Below are positions 21,816 to 33,039 of a DNA stretch of 39,333 bases, one piece after another. Origin of the DNA: Octopus bimaculoides (lineage: Eukaryota). Below the pieces are notes generated by a model that did not search any database, was not told the DNA's origin, and was given only the letters and a program-made list of their open reading frames with translations. Position 1 is the stretch's first letter, and each line of letters opens with the position of its first letter. A program made the position numbers and the translations under genes. The stretch is taken from positions 54,874,068 through 54,913,400 of the forward strand of contig NC_068996.1 of NCBI RefSeq assembly GCF_001194135.2. The letters are read 5' to 3'.

Positions 21816-23361
21816 TTATTGCTGATATCGCCACAGTTTGTCACTCACGTGGAGCTGCAAATATGCCAACTTCAAGTCGACAATCATCGCAGCTTTGGTC
21901 AACTGTCTCCACACACATGACGTCTTTCCACAAACATCTGTCACCTCGCTTCCCGTATGGCATGATATATGGTTGTTCAGTTCTCTAAAGTCCAGCACCA
22001 GTCTGACTTTTCCCTTCATTGACTGCACCACTGCCATCAGAGGTAGCACTCCACTCACCACCTCCTCCTTCCACGGGATAAGGACTCCTTCCTTGATCCA
22101 TCTCTCTACCTCGTCTTTGAACTCGACCCTGGCGTGACCTTTCAGGGTACGATGGTAGCAGCTCACCCTGTTCTTCAGCATCGGGGGCTCGTCTTTCCAT
22201 CGCCACTCTATCATCCACCGCTGACCATCGAACACCACCTCTCTGGCGAACCTGACTCACAGCACACGATGCCCCCCCCCCGATTCTGAGCATGGCCTCA
22301 TCTCCTGCAATCCTGACACCATCGAGATGGTTGATGGCATCCATCCCATTCACCACATCAACCTTGTCTACCACATGTTTGATCACAATTACTTTCAGCC
22401 TTAGTGTCGCGCCTCACACCGCTATCTCTACATTGCTGCTGCCCTTGCATAAGATTTCGTTGCTGTCAACCACCCAGACGCTACTTGCCCCATTCGTTTT
22501 CTTCGTCACCCATGGAGTCACAAGAATGGTTGTGCAACCCATATCCACAAGGGCCTTGAAGTCTTCCCCTCAGCCTCGACGTCAATTATGGGCAGCGTCT
22601 CCACAAGCGCCTCTACTCATTTGCGGGGAAAGTTCAAAAGGCAGCAACTTCCCCACAGTCATTTCCCTAGTCACAATCACAGGCAATGTGCCCTATCTGC
22701 CTGCATCGATAGCAGACGGGCCCTGGTTGCATACACTCCCTCGCCATGTGCGACCCCTGACATTTAAAACACCAGCCTGAGAACGGCCGCTGTTGTTGCA
22801 CGGTAGGCTTCTTCGTGTCTTTCTCCAGCCGTCATCTGTCTTTTTGTGCCTCTGTCACCGCCATCGCTATCGCCTTCCATCCAGTGTTTCACATCAACAT
22901 GCAAGCTTGAGCCTCAAGTTCGCTCTGTGTCATCTTTTTGCCCCTGGGCAATTGCTGCAGTCGAATCCCTTCATCATCAGAGAACCCACTTACGAATGCC
23001 AGTCGTGCTGCTCTGTCCAGGCCTTCTCCTGTAAACCCAGCCAACATGTCAGCCTACACACCTCCACCTGCTCTCCCATCCATTTAATCATTCCTAGTTT
23101 TACAAAGGCTGTATACTCACACTTGGTGTAAGCCTCTCTCAGACGTCACTCGATCTTCTCCTCTCTCAGTCTTTCCTCCTCGTCCATTTCGAGATATAGA
23201 GTCAGTGCGCTCCCTTCCAAATATAGTGCCATAAGGCTTGCCACGTCGCTAATGCTTTGCAATCTCGCCACAAGCCTGATTTTACACATCCAGGCCACTA
23301 CATTGCCGTCACCATTAAAGGGCCTGATAATATCACTGGTGATCCTAATTTTAGCTGCCAT
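21816..23361 (-). mobile_element. Ty3/gypsy gag-pro-RT 5' portion, disrupted and truncated within RT
   Basis: Gag MAAKIRITSDIIRPFNGDGNVVAW...LYLEGSALTLY; knuckles CFKCQGSHMAREC and CYRCRQIGHIACDC; protease ALVDMGCTT; RT KVRLVLDFRELN...VDLKLAYLQL...LWRYQ. Confidence 0.9.
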
Positions 23362-23396
23362 CGTGGTGACGTCTTATGTGGAGTGCCGAAATAGCT

Positions 23397-23681
23397 TGTA
23401 GTGAATGCAGGAGATTAGAAGTAAGACACCTACCTTCTTTTCGTTGACGCAGATCTCTCCGGTGGTAACGCACCCTTCCAGGTGGCCCGTCCCGAAACGC
23501 TAAAAATAGCAGCTGCTATCCCTCACCTTGTCAAAGCACTAACACGTCCTACACTCATGGCTTCCCTGATGGAAAAGGGCACAATCGTCCCCCGCCTGTG
23601 TGCATGTCACCTGCGTGCCCTTCCTCCTCCGGTCAGCTCTCAAGTTCCGGTCAGCTCCCCAGCCAATAACGTCATCCCACA
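23397..23681 (-). mobile_element. Probable 5' LTR of the gypsy element
   Basis: Minus strand TGTGGGATG...GCATTCACTACA ends 35 nt before the gag ATG; no recognisable PBS or TSD. Confidence 0.5.
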
Positions 23682-23766
23682 TACTCAATTTAAACGGTTT
23701 TGTTATTGATCTTTTTTTAAATTTATTTTATGAATACACATAATTGTCATTATTATCATTAACACA

Positions 23767-24375
23767 AAGGCGGCGAGCTGCCAGAATTGTTAGCACACCG
23801 GGCGACATGCTTTGCGGTATTTCATCTGCTGCTACGTTCTGAGTTCAAGTTCCGCCGAGGTTGACTTTGCCTTTCATCTTTGCAGGTCGATAAATTAAGT
23901 ACCAGTTGCGTACTGGAGTCAATCTAATTGACTGATCCCTCCGCTAAAATTTCAGCCCTTGTGCCTAGAGTAGAAAAGAATATATATATATGTAATTTTG
24001 GGCCTTGTGTCTAGAGTAGAAACGATTATTATCATTAACACAAAGGCGACGCGCTGGTAGAATTGTTAGCACGCCAGGCAACATGCTTCCTGGTATTTCA
24101 TCTGCTGCTACATTCTGAGTTCAAGTTCTGCTTGTAATCAACTTGTCCCTGCTCCAAAAATTTCGGGCCTTTAGTAGAAAGGATTATTATCAAACACATC
24201 AGACAAAATGCTTTGCAGTATTTCTTGCGTTTCTTTCCGTTCTGAGTTCAAATCCCACCGAGGTCAACTTTGTCTTTCAATCTTTCAGAGTCCATAAGTA
24301 CCTGTTGAGCACTAGGGTCAATATAATCGCCATCTTTACGCCTAAAATTGTTGGCCTTGTGCCAAAACTTGAAAC
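23767..24375 (+). mobile_element. Three head-to-tail SINE family A copies
   Basis: Copies at about 23767-23980, 24043-24185 and 24190-24375, each with gttctgagttcaa. Confidence 0.8.
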
Positions 24376-24929
24376 CATTATTATCGGTTTCAGTTTCCAA
24401 TTTTGGTTTTTATTATCTCTTATTAACACAGCCTCAAATTAGGGGACCCAATTTTATTACAGTGTTCATGTGTGTGTGTGTAAATACAATATAATATATC
24501 TCTATCCATCTGAGAAACTATATTCTTATCAACCAGAATTGTATGTTGTTTATGTCATAAGAAATTTTATAAATTTTTCAAGAGAACATGAAATAATTCA
24601 GTTTTGCAATAGTATATATTTTGAAGCATATACAAAAAGCTATAAACAACGGCAAGTAAATATTCGGTTGAAAAATTCTAATAACATTAACAAATACAAT
24701 TCATGTTGATAAGAATAAAACTTCTAAAATGGACAGAGAAATTCAAACAATTGACTTTGGTCCAATGGTAGAATATCTGTCACGTCTACAGAACATATAG
24801 GTTCAAATCTCATGAACAACCTTTGACCCTTTTTATTCAAAAGAGTTTTTGATCCCAATAATTTATATGCTATTGTTTATAGCTTTATGTGTGCATTGAG
24901 ATCCATTATTCCAAAAGAGAATTATTTTA

Positions 24930-25385
24930 TGTTCTCTCAAAGGAGCGCTTAGAGCACCGTCCGAGCATGATCGTTGCCAGAGCAGATGTCTGACTTCCGT
25001 GCTGGTGGCACGTAAATAGCACCATTTGAGCGTAATTGTTACCAGTGTCACCTTCCTGGCACTTGTACTGGTGGCACGTGAAAAGACATTCGATCAAGGT
25101 TGTTGCCAGTGCCGCCGGACTGGCTCCTGTGCAGGTGGCACATAAAATACACCATTTTGAGTGTAGCCGTTGCCAGTACCGCCTGACTGGCCTTCGTGCC
25201 GGTGGCACATAAAAGCACCCACTACACTCTTGGAGTGGTTGGCGTTAGGAAGGGCATCCAGCTGCAGAAACTCTACCAAATCAGATTGAAGCCTGGCGTA
25301 GCCATCTGGTTCGTCAGTCCTCAGTCAAATCATCCAACCCATGCTAGCATGGAAAGCGGATGTTAAACAATGATGATGATGATGT
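24930..25385 (+). mobile_element. RTE-LINE 3'UTR with hairpin subrepeats and (GAT)n tail
   Basis: Homologous to 30640-31001. Confidence 0.88.
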
Positions 25386-25664
25386 ATATATATAATATAA
25401 ATAAATATATTTATATATATATATATATATGTATAATATAAGTTTATATATATATATATTAAAAGGTTGAATGTAAGTTTGACCTTTAATTAGAGTAATT
25501 GCAAAAGATTTCTAATATTGTTTCTTCATATTTTACTTTTAAATTTACTAGTGTAAATTTGTGTGGATATGAAACGTTATAGAGAAGTATTACATATATG
25601 ATTTAACTTATAAAGTTCAGAGTTTCATAATTTAGATCATATACTTAATATATATATTTATATC

Positions 25665-26190
25665 ATCATCATCATCATCATCGTTTAACGTCTGCTTTCC
25701 ATGCTAGCATGGGTTGGACGATTTGACTGAGGACTGGTGAATTCGGATGGCTACACCAGGCCCCAATCTGATTTGGCAGAGTTTCTACAGCTGGATGCCC
25801 TTCCTAACGCCAACCACTCCGAGAGTGTAGTGGGTGCTTTTACGTGTCACCCACACGAAGGCCAGTCAGGAGGTACTGGCAACGGCCATGCTCAAAATGG
25901 TGTATTTTATGGGCTACCTGCACAGGAGCCAGTCCAGCGGTACTGGCAACGAACTCGCTCGATTGTCTTTTCACGTGCCCAAGTGCCAGGAAGGTAACGT
26001 TAGTAACGATCACGCTCAAATGGTGCTATTTACGTGCCACCGGCACGAAAGCCAGACAGCTGGTGCTCTTAATGATCTACTGGTACAGGTGCCATCACAA
26101 TTTCGCTTTTGCTTGCCCCAACAGGTCTTCACAAGCCGAGTTTAGTGTTCAATGAGGAGACGTTGGCATGGGTGCAGTCTACAAATTTAG
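25665..26190 (-). mobile_element. RTE-LINE 3'UTR, inverted relative to the previous copy
   Basis: (CAT)n, gtttaacgtctgctttccatgctagcatgg, subrepeats; extends to aatgaggagacgttggcatgggtgc. Confidence 0.88.
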
Positions 26191-26202
26191 TTCGATTTCC
26201 AT

Positions 26203-27155
26203 TTATATATATACCTGTGCTTTCTGTCCTTCTCTGTACATCGGTCAAACGGGACGCCACTTGGTTGACCAATTCACAGAGCACCTCCAACACATTACAC
26301 TCAGCAATGACATCCCGGTCTCGCACTATTTCCACTCTACCAGTCATTCATTACAATGCCTATCTATGTTCGGATTGTCTCACGGGCCATCCAGACTCCC
26401 ACCTTTGCCATGAACAGGAATTAATCTTCTCTCTTCGCTCCTTTGCGCCACATGGGCTCAACTTCCCTCCCCTCTTTATCTGAATCTCCTCCTCTCCTCT
26501 CTTCATCTGACACCAATTTTCTCTCTTCACTCCTACATGCCTCTCCTCTTTTGCCCTGGCACCTACTTACTCTCTTCACTCCTACCCACCTTCTCTTCAT
26601 TGATACTCCCTCCATCCACACCCCACTCCCACATACCCCATCCCTACCCTCACATCTTCACCCCAAACCCACACCTCACCCTCACATCCCCACCTCCACC
26701 TCTGCCACACCACCACACCATATTGCACCACCCCATACCACTCCAAACACACTAGCACTGACCACTTCCCAGCACCCACACCATCATCCACACACGCACA
26801 CATTACAGATACACACATTTACACACACATCCACACATCAAAGTCACTAGCCCCTATCCACACACACACACTTACACACTCTCACACACACACACGCAAG
26901 CACACCTTTGTTTTGGAATGACCAGTGCTTTATAATCTCCCCTTCTTCTTAGCTCTCCTATCTAACTACCTTTGTCCAACCAGTCGCCATGATTGACAGC
27001 TAAATCCACAAATTTTTTTTATTCTCTCTGTTTATCTTGTGTTCCTTTCTTTTGAAGAGCGTAGGCTCGAAACGTAAAAGACTTTCTCACCTAATACACC
27101 TGCTTGCTGTTTATACACCTGTCTCCGTCTTTTGTTTTTCTGTAAATTTCAACTA
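26203..27155 (+). mobile_element. Penelope-like element 3' part (GIY-YIG C-terminus, CT/CA-rich tract, terminal region)
   Basis: YIYTCAFCPSLYIGQTGRHLVDQFTEHL...PVSHYFHSTSH is the Penelope GIY-YIG signature (YIGxTxRxLxxRFxEH); homologous to 36100-37198. Confidence 0.85.
27045..27080 (+). ncRNA. Minimal type I hammerhead-like motif with mutated core
   Basis: Stem I CTTT/AAAG, core CttTTGA-A (canonical CUGANGA), stem II GAGC-GTAG-GCTC, GAAA, palindromic ACGT, GUA triplet. Confidence 0.65.
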
Positions 27156-27227
27156 TATATGTATGTATGTATGTATGCATGCATGTATGTATGATTTATA
27201 TTATATATTACATATAATCTATTATGC

Positions 27228-27640
27228 AGGTATAGGTGTTTTGTAAGAAGTTTGCTTCCCAAACCCATGTTGATTTGGGTTCAGTCCCACTGTGTGGCAC
27301 CTTGGACAAGTGTCTACAACTATAATCCTTAACCAACCAAAGCCTTAGATTTGGTAGACAAAAGCTAAAAGAAATCCTTCACACATACATATAAGTGTGT
27401 GTGTGTGCGTGTGTGTGAGTGTTTGTGCTTGTCTTTTTCTCCCCTTCTCACCACTTGACAACTGGTGTTTGTTTACATACCCATAACTTAGTAGTTTGGC
27501 AAAAGAGACCAATAAAATATGTATTAGACTTGATAAAAAATATGTACTGAGGTTGATTTGTTCATATAAACCCTTCAAGGTTGTGGCCCAGCATGGCCAT
27601 AGTTCAATGACTGAAACAAGTAAAAGATAAAGAATATATA
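27228..27640 (+). mobile_element. tRNA-derived SINE family B (CORE-like segment)
   Basis: gggttcagtcccactgtgtggcaccttggacaagtgtct; internal TG/TA microsatellite; tail catggccatagttcaatgactgaaacaagtaaaaga. Confidence 0.8.
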
Positions 27641-27647
27641 TATTGTA

Positions 27648-27870
27648 CATATAAGGCAGCAAACTAGCAGAATCGTTAGGATCCAGACAAGCCGATGCTA
27701 AGCATTTTGCCCATTTTTTACATTCTGAGCTCAAATTCTGCGGAGGTCAACTTTGATTTTCATTCTTTCAGGGTCGATGAAATATGCACCAGTCAAGTAC
27801 AAGGATCAATGAACTAGACTAGCTCCTCTCCTCAAACATTTCAGGCCTTGTGCCTTTAGTAGAAAAGATT
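27648..27870 (+). mobile_element. SINE family A
   Basis: ggcagcaaactagcagaatcgttag...ttctgagctcaaattctgcggaggtc...gcctttagtagaaaagatt. Confidence 0.8.
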
Positions 27871-27882
27871 ATCATCATCATT

Positions 27883-28040
27883 TAGTATCTCTTGTGTGGT
27901 AAGTAGCTTGCTTACCAACCACATGGTTCTGGGTTCAGTCCCACTGCATGGCACCTTGAGCAAGTGTCTTCTACTATAGCCTTGGGCCACCCAAAGCCTT
28001 GTGAGTGGATTTGGTAGACGGAAACTGAAAGAAGACCATT

Positions 28041-28072
<32 letters not shown>

Positions 28073-28303
28073 GTGTATGTATTTGTGTGTCTGTGTTTGT
28101 CTCCCCCCACACACCATTACCTCACAACCAATGGTGTGTTTACGTCCCCATAACTTAGCAGTCCGGCAAAAGATACCAATAGAATAAGTACTAGGCTTAC
28201 AAAGAATAAGTCCTGGGGTTGATTTACTCGACTAGAGGCAGTGCTCCAGCATGGCCACAGTCAAATGACTGAAACAAGTAAAGGAGTAAAAAAATAAAAG
28301 AAT
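27883..28303 (+). mobile_element. SINE family B, near complete
   Basis: gtgtggtaagtagcttgcttaccaaccacatggttctgggttcagtccc (A/B-box-like), ccttgagcaagtgtctt, tail atggccacagtcaaatgactgaaacaagtaaag. Confidence 0.88.
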
Positions 28304-28437
28304 ATATATATATATATATAGGTAAATGATAGGCTTGCCTCAATCCAACAGAATTGCTTCTTCTCGTATTTGTTGCTCCATTCTCCACATAAATATATAT
28401 ATATATATATATATATACATACAGACATGTGTATGTA

Positions 28438-28653
28438 CAAGGGGATGCTGAAACGTTCCTGGCTTTGGGTTAAAGAAAATACTGAAGAATCAGTGAGTTG
28501 ATTTCATCCAACATATTCCCATCTCAGATTCACATACTTATTGCAACAGTCTTTCAGTTTTTCTAAGCCCTGTAAATAGAACTTGGTTCGTTAGGTCTCC
28601 AGCGAGGCCTTTTGTGATACTCTTAAAGCCAGGAACTTTTCAGCACACCCTTA
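28438..28653. mobile_element. Mariner-type MITE
   Basis: TA on both sides; TIRs CAAGGGGATGCTGAAACGTTCCTGGCTTT / TAAGGGTGTGCTGAAAAGTTCCTGGCTTT. Confidence 0.85.
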
Positions 28654-28804
28654 TATCTATGCTTGTATATTTTAAGCATGTCAGCCAAATAGATGAGTCT
28701 TTTAATCCTTTAGAGTTGATATCACTATACCAAATGTAATGTTTTTTTGAATTAATTATGCATTATCTTTTAGCTTCTAAATTTCAATGATGTTATTGTT
28801 TATA

Positions 28805-31001
28805 ATACCATGGTAGATAAAGTAATTAAGAGCATGAAGACAGGGAAGGCCCCCAGCCCATCAGGAATCACTGCAGCTATGGCCTAGTCACCCATATTGT
28901 TAACCAAGTGATACACGAAGGAGTAATACCGAATGACTAGTGTCGCAGAACCATAGTCAACTGCTACAAAGGTAAAGGTGACGCTCTAGATACAAATAAT
29001 TACAGAGGTATGAAGCTTTTAGATCAGGTAATGAAAGTCACGGAGAGGGTCATAGCCCAACTAATTAGGGAGCGAGTCAGTTTAGATGAGATGCAGTTTG
29101 GGTTCGTACCTGGGAAAAGCACCACTGATGCTATATTTCTGGTAAGACAGCTTCAGGAGAAATACCTAGCCAAGGATAAACCTCTGTACCTGGCTTTCGT
29201 TGACATGGAGAAAGCCTTCGACAGGGTTCCCCGATCCCTCATCTGGTGGTCAATGAGGAAACTAGGGATAGAAGAATGGTTAGTGAGAGCTGTANNNNNN
29301 NNNNNNNNNNNNNNNNNNNNNNNNNNNNNNNNNNNNNNNNNNNNNNNNNNNNNNNNNNNNNNNNNNNNNNNNNNNNNNNNNNNNNNNNNNNNNNNNNNNN
29401 NNNNNNNNNNNNNNNNNNNNNNNNNNNNNNNNNNNNNNNNNNNNNNNNNNNNNNNNNNNNNNNNNNNNNNNNNNNNNNNNNNNNNNNNNNNNNNNNNNNN
29501 NNNNNNNNNNNNNNNNNNNNNNNNNNNNNNNNNNNNNNNNNNNNNNNNNNNNNNNNNNNNNNNNNNNNNNNNNNNNNNNNNNNNNNNNNNNNNNNNNNNN
29601 NNNNNNNNNNNNNNNNNNNNNNNNNNNNNNNNNNNNNNNNNNNNNNNNNNNNNNNNNNNNNNNNNNNNNNNNNNNNNNNNNNNNNNNNNNNNNNNNNNNN
29701 NNNNNNNNNNNNNNNNNNNNNNNNNNNNNNNNNNNNNNNNNNNNNNNNNNNNNNNNNNNNNNNNNNNNNNNNNNNNNNNNNNNNNNNNNNNNNNNNNNNN
29801 NNNNNNNNNNNNNNNNNNNNNNNNNNNNNNNNNNNNNNNNNNNNNNNNNNNNNNNNNNNNGTGGAAGCAAGGACTAGAATCGAAGGGCCTCAGAGTCAAC
29901 CTAGCTAAAACCAAAGTCCTAATAAGTAGGAAGGTAGACAAAACACAAACCCCTTCAGGTAGATGGCGCTGCTCGATCTGTAGAAAAGGTGTAGGTAGGA
30001 ACTCTATAAGATGCACCCAGTGCAAGCTATGGACACATAAGAGGTGCAGAAATATCAAAGGAAGGTTAACTAGGAAGTTAGTTTTTGTATGTGGCAGATG
30101 TTCAGGAGCTATAAACACAGTAAATGTGCAGAAAACAACTTCTGCCACATTCCAGGGAGTAAAACTGTGCATACTAGACAGAGTGTAAGTACCTTGAGAG
30201 AAAAGTTGAACCTAAGAAGCATTAGTTGTGGTGTGCAAGAGAGACGTTCACGCTGGTATGGGCATGTGGTGAGAATGGATGAGGATAGCTGTGTGAAAAA
30301 GTGCCACACCCTAGCAGTTGAAGGAACCTGCAGAAGAGGTAGGCCCAGTAATACCTGGGATGAGGTGGCGTGGCACGACCTTCGAACATTGGGCCTCACC
30401 GAGGCAATGACTTCTGGCTGAGACCTTAGGAAATATGCTGTGCATGAGAAGACCCGGCAAGCCAAGTGAGACCTAAATCCAAGGCCTCTGCCAGGATGCC
30501 TACCTTCCTACGTTGGACACTAAACTCCACTTGCGAAGACCTGTTGAGGCAAGTGAAATTGAACTAATTTCGACGAATGGCACCCACGCCAACGTCGTCT
30601 CCTTCATTGGACACAGAAACTCGGCTTGCGAAGACATGTTGAGGCAAGCGAAAGCGAAATCGTGCTGGCACCTGTGCCCTGGCACTTGTGCCGGTGGCAC
30701 ATGTAAGGACATTCGAGCGAGATTGTTGCCAGTGCCACTGGACTGGCTCCCATGCAGGTGGCATGTAAAAGACACCACTTTGAGTGTGGCCGTTGCCAGT
30801 ACCGCCTGACTGGCCTTCGTGCTGGTGGCACGTAAAAGCACCCACTACACTCTCGGAGTGGTTGGCATTAGGAAGGGCATCCAGCTGTAGAAATTCTACC
30901 AAATTAGATTGGAGCCTGATGTAGCCTTCCGGTTTCACCAGTCCTCAGTCAAATCGTCCAACCCATGCTAGCATGGAAAGCGGACGTTAAACGATGATGA
31001 T
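28805..31001 (+). mobile_element. 5'-truncated RTE-clade LINE: RT, PHD-type finger, C-terminus, long 3'UTR, (GAT)n tail
   Basis: KTGKAPSPSGIT, YKGKGDAL..NNYRGMKLL, QFGFVPGKSTTDAIF, AFVDMEKAFDRVPR, GLRVNLAKTK, RWYGHVVRM, RGRP; gap 29295-29860; deletion after the PHD finger. Confidence 0.93.
29295..29860. other. Assembly gap (566 N)
   Basis: N run. Confidence 1.
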
Positions 31002-31450
31002 GTTGTCACTAGTGATTCCTGAAGGGCTAGCAGCTTTCCCTGTGTTTGTAACCTTAATTGCTTTATCTACCAAGCTGGTGTTGATTCAGATTGCCAGTCC
31101 CTCTATTAGGTCCACATAAGGCAGACTCTCCTTCTAGCATTCATTCTCTACATTTAGCAGCCTTTCATAGTGGTAATTCCAAGCCTCTTTCCTTGCAGAA
31201 TCACTAACTGCAAGTGAAGCATCATCCATGTGAACACACTTCCCTCCTTTGACATCATGATTTTCTCTGATACACTTTCTGATCCTGCTTGATGAGAAGA
31301 GGATCATTCTGAAAAATTCACACATCCTGGGTGCTTTCCTGAACTTAGATACTGCTTTCATGAGTTCAAATTCATTTCTGCATCACATGGCCAAAGTCCC
31401 ATTTTGTACTAGAGAATGATACACACACAGCCTATGTACTTCATTCTTCA
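31002..31450 (-). mobile_element. Older RTE fragment (EN-RT linker)
   Basis: RKEAWNYHYERLLNVENE...SLVDKAIK..TGKAASPSGIT on the minus strand. Confidence 0.8.
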
Positions 31451-32112
31451 CTAACGTCAAACCATAGGGAATAACTCTCCTTTTTGTTCTTTTTTCCCCA
31501 AAATATTTACTGAATTTTGTTTCCGTTTTAGCCTCCACCAAACGAACCTAGAATCTATATAACCTTATAACCCAACACTAAAGAGGCTATGCACCTCCAA
31601 TCAGCATCTCAGAAGACTTGACAATATTGTCCAGTGATAATATTTGAGTTGAAACTAACAGTAATATTCCAACTACTTTTATGACATAACTAGTAATATA
31701 TTGCTATATATTATGTAGCCTTGCTTCTGCTAATGTTGGAAGTGATAACTTGTATATGTGCGTGTGTACATATATGTGTACACACACACACACACACATA
31801 CACAAATAGAAAAAGAGAGAACTATTGCCTGAACACCACACGCAGGGCACATGAATATTATATTTGTCAAAAAAATGCAGAGTTGAAAAGTAAGAAATAG
31901 GTCATTATGACATAGTTTTTCTTGCTTTTTTTTTCTCTCCCTTTTTCTTTTTTTCTGTGCTTTTTGTTTTTTGTAAAATATATTCCAGTTTATATTTTGA
32001 ATAAATATACTAAATTTGAAGTTTTCTTACTTGACACCTAACTGTACAGGAAATTGTCGATGGTGGATGTTGCACATGTAACTGTAAATTACTATAGGAT
32101 AACATGTGAGTT

Positions 32113-32114
<2 letters not shown>

Positions 32115-32155
<41 letters not shown>
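32115..32155. repeat. (GA)n microsatellite
   Basis: Direct reading. Confidence 0.95.
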
Positions 32156-32157
<2 letters not shown>

Positions 32158-32547
32158 TTAATGCAAACAGGAAAAATAGAAATCAATATATGAGTATATG
32201 TATATTTTTATTAATATTTAGCAGAAGCAATAGAGTGATTCAAGGTCCGAGAATTTCACCTGTTGATACTTATATATATATAGCAAAACAACTTCAAGTC
32301 TATTTATTTTTCAAAATACAGACTTGACATGCTATTTTAAATTTGCTCAAGCAAATCTGACAAAAACTTGACAGTTTAATTGTTAACTAATAGGAGGTTT
32401 TTGCTGGGGCCCTTTTCTTAGTGAATGACTTATTTTGCTATTTTATTTGAATTTTTTTCATCAATTCTTTACTCTGAGAATGAGCTGAAATTTCTACTAT
32501 GCTGTGTAAGCATTTCTACTTAGAAGAGAGAAAATATAAGTACTCAC

Positions 32548-32683
32548 CTTCTGCTGATATGTAAGATACACTGAATAATTTAAGATAACGTACTTTATAA
32601 ATTGCAAAAATAGACTTCAATAACTTCAAGAAATTCATGAGAAATACAAACAAGGTTAGCAAAACAATGGCATTCACGATCAT
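32548..32683 (-). CDS. Possible host exon ending at a strong donor
   Basis: Minus strand MIVNAIVLLTLFVFLMNFLKLLKSIFAIYKVRYLKLFSVSYISAE+G|GTGAGT (phase 1). Hydrophobic AT-rich frames of this length also arise by chance. Confidence 0.25.
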
Positions 32684-33039
32684 CAGAAATTATTCATAGA
32701 TATTCAACTAAGATGGATGAGCTTCAAGTCATATTTTGTGTATGCAGTATGCATCTAATATGCCTGCTGTTTTGTCATTCTATCTAACTCAAAGCTCAGT
32801 CTCAGGAATACATTGCAAGCATCAAGCAATGCCCACATATGATGAGGGAAGAGACGTTTCTGTAAAGGGGAAACCTGGTATTTGGATAACACCTCACTGC
32901 ACTACTGTTAAAACTGGAGCAAAGGAACAATGTACTATAGGAACTGGGCAGTATGGAATAAATTTACTTTTTCCCAAATTTTTACCTGCTATTCTGCTAT
33001 TCTTGTTATCTGCCATTCTTATTGTGTTGTTTGTTCCTT

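Noticed and set aside
24758-24815. tRNA gene (TCTGT/ACAGA stem, GGTTCAAATC)
   Set aside because: No acceptor stem and a non-canonical anticodon loop; at most a decayed SINE head.
24970-25220. CRISPR-like repeat-spacer array
   Set aside because: Eukaryotic context, no cas genes, degenerate units of unequal length, and part of an RTE 3'UTR.
29153-30172. Long ORFs of 196-339 aa in alternative frames
   Set aside because: They are artefacts of reading through 566 N.
28805-31450. Twin-priming 5' inversion of a single RTE insertion
   Set aside because: The inverted piece lies beyond the 3' tail rather than at the 5' end, and it is about 19% diverged in the overlap.
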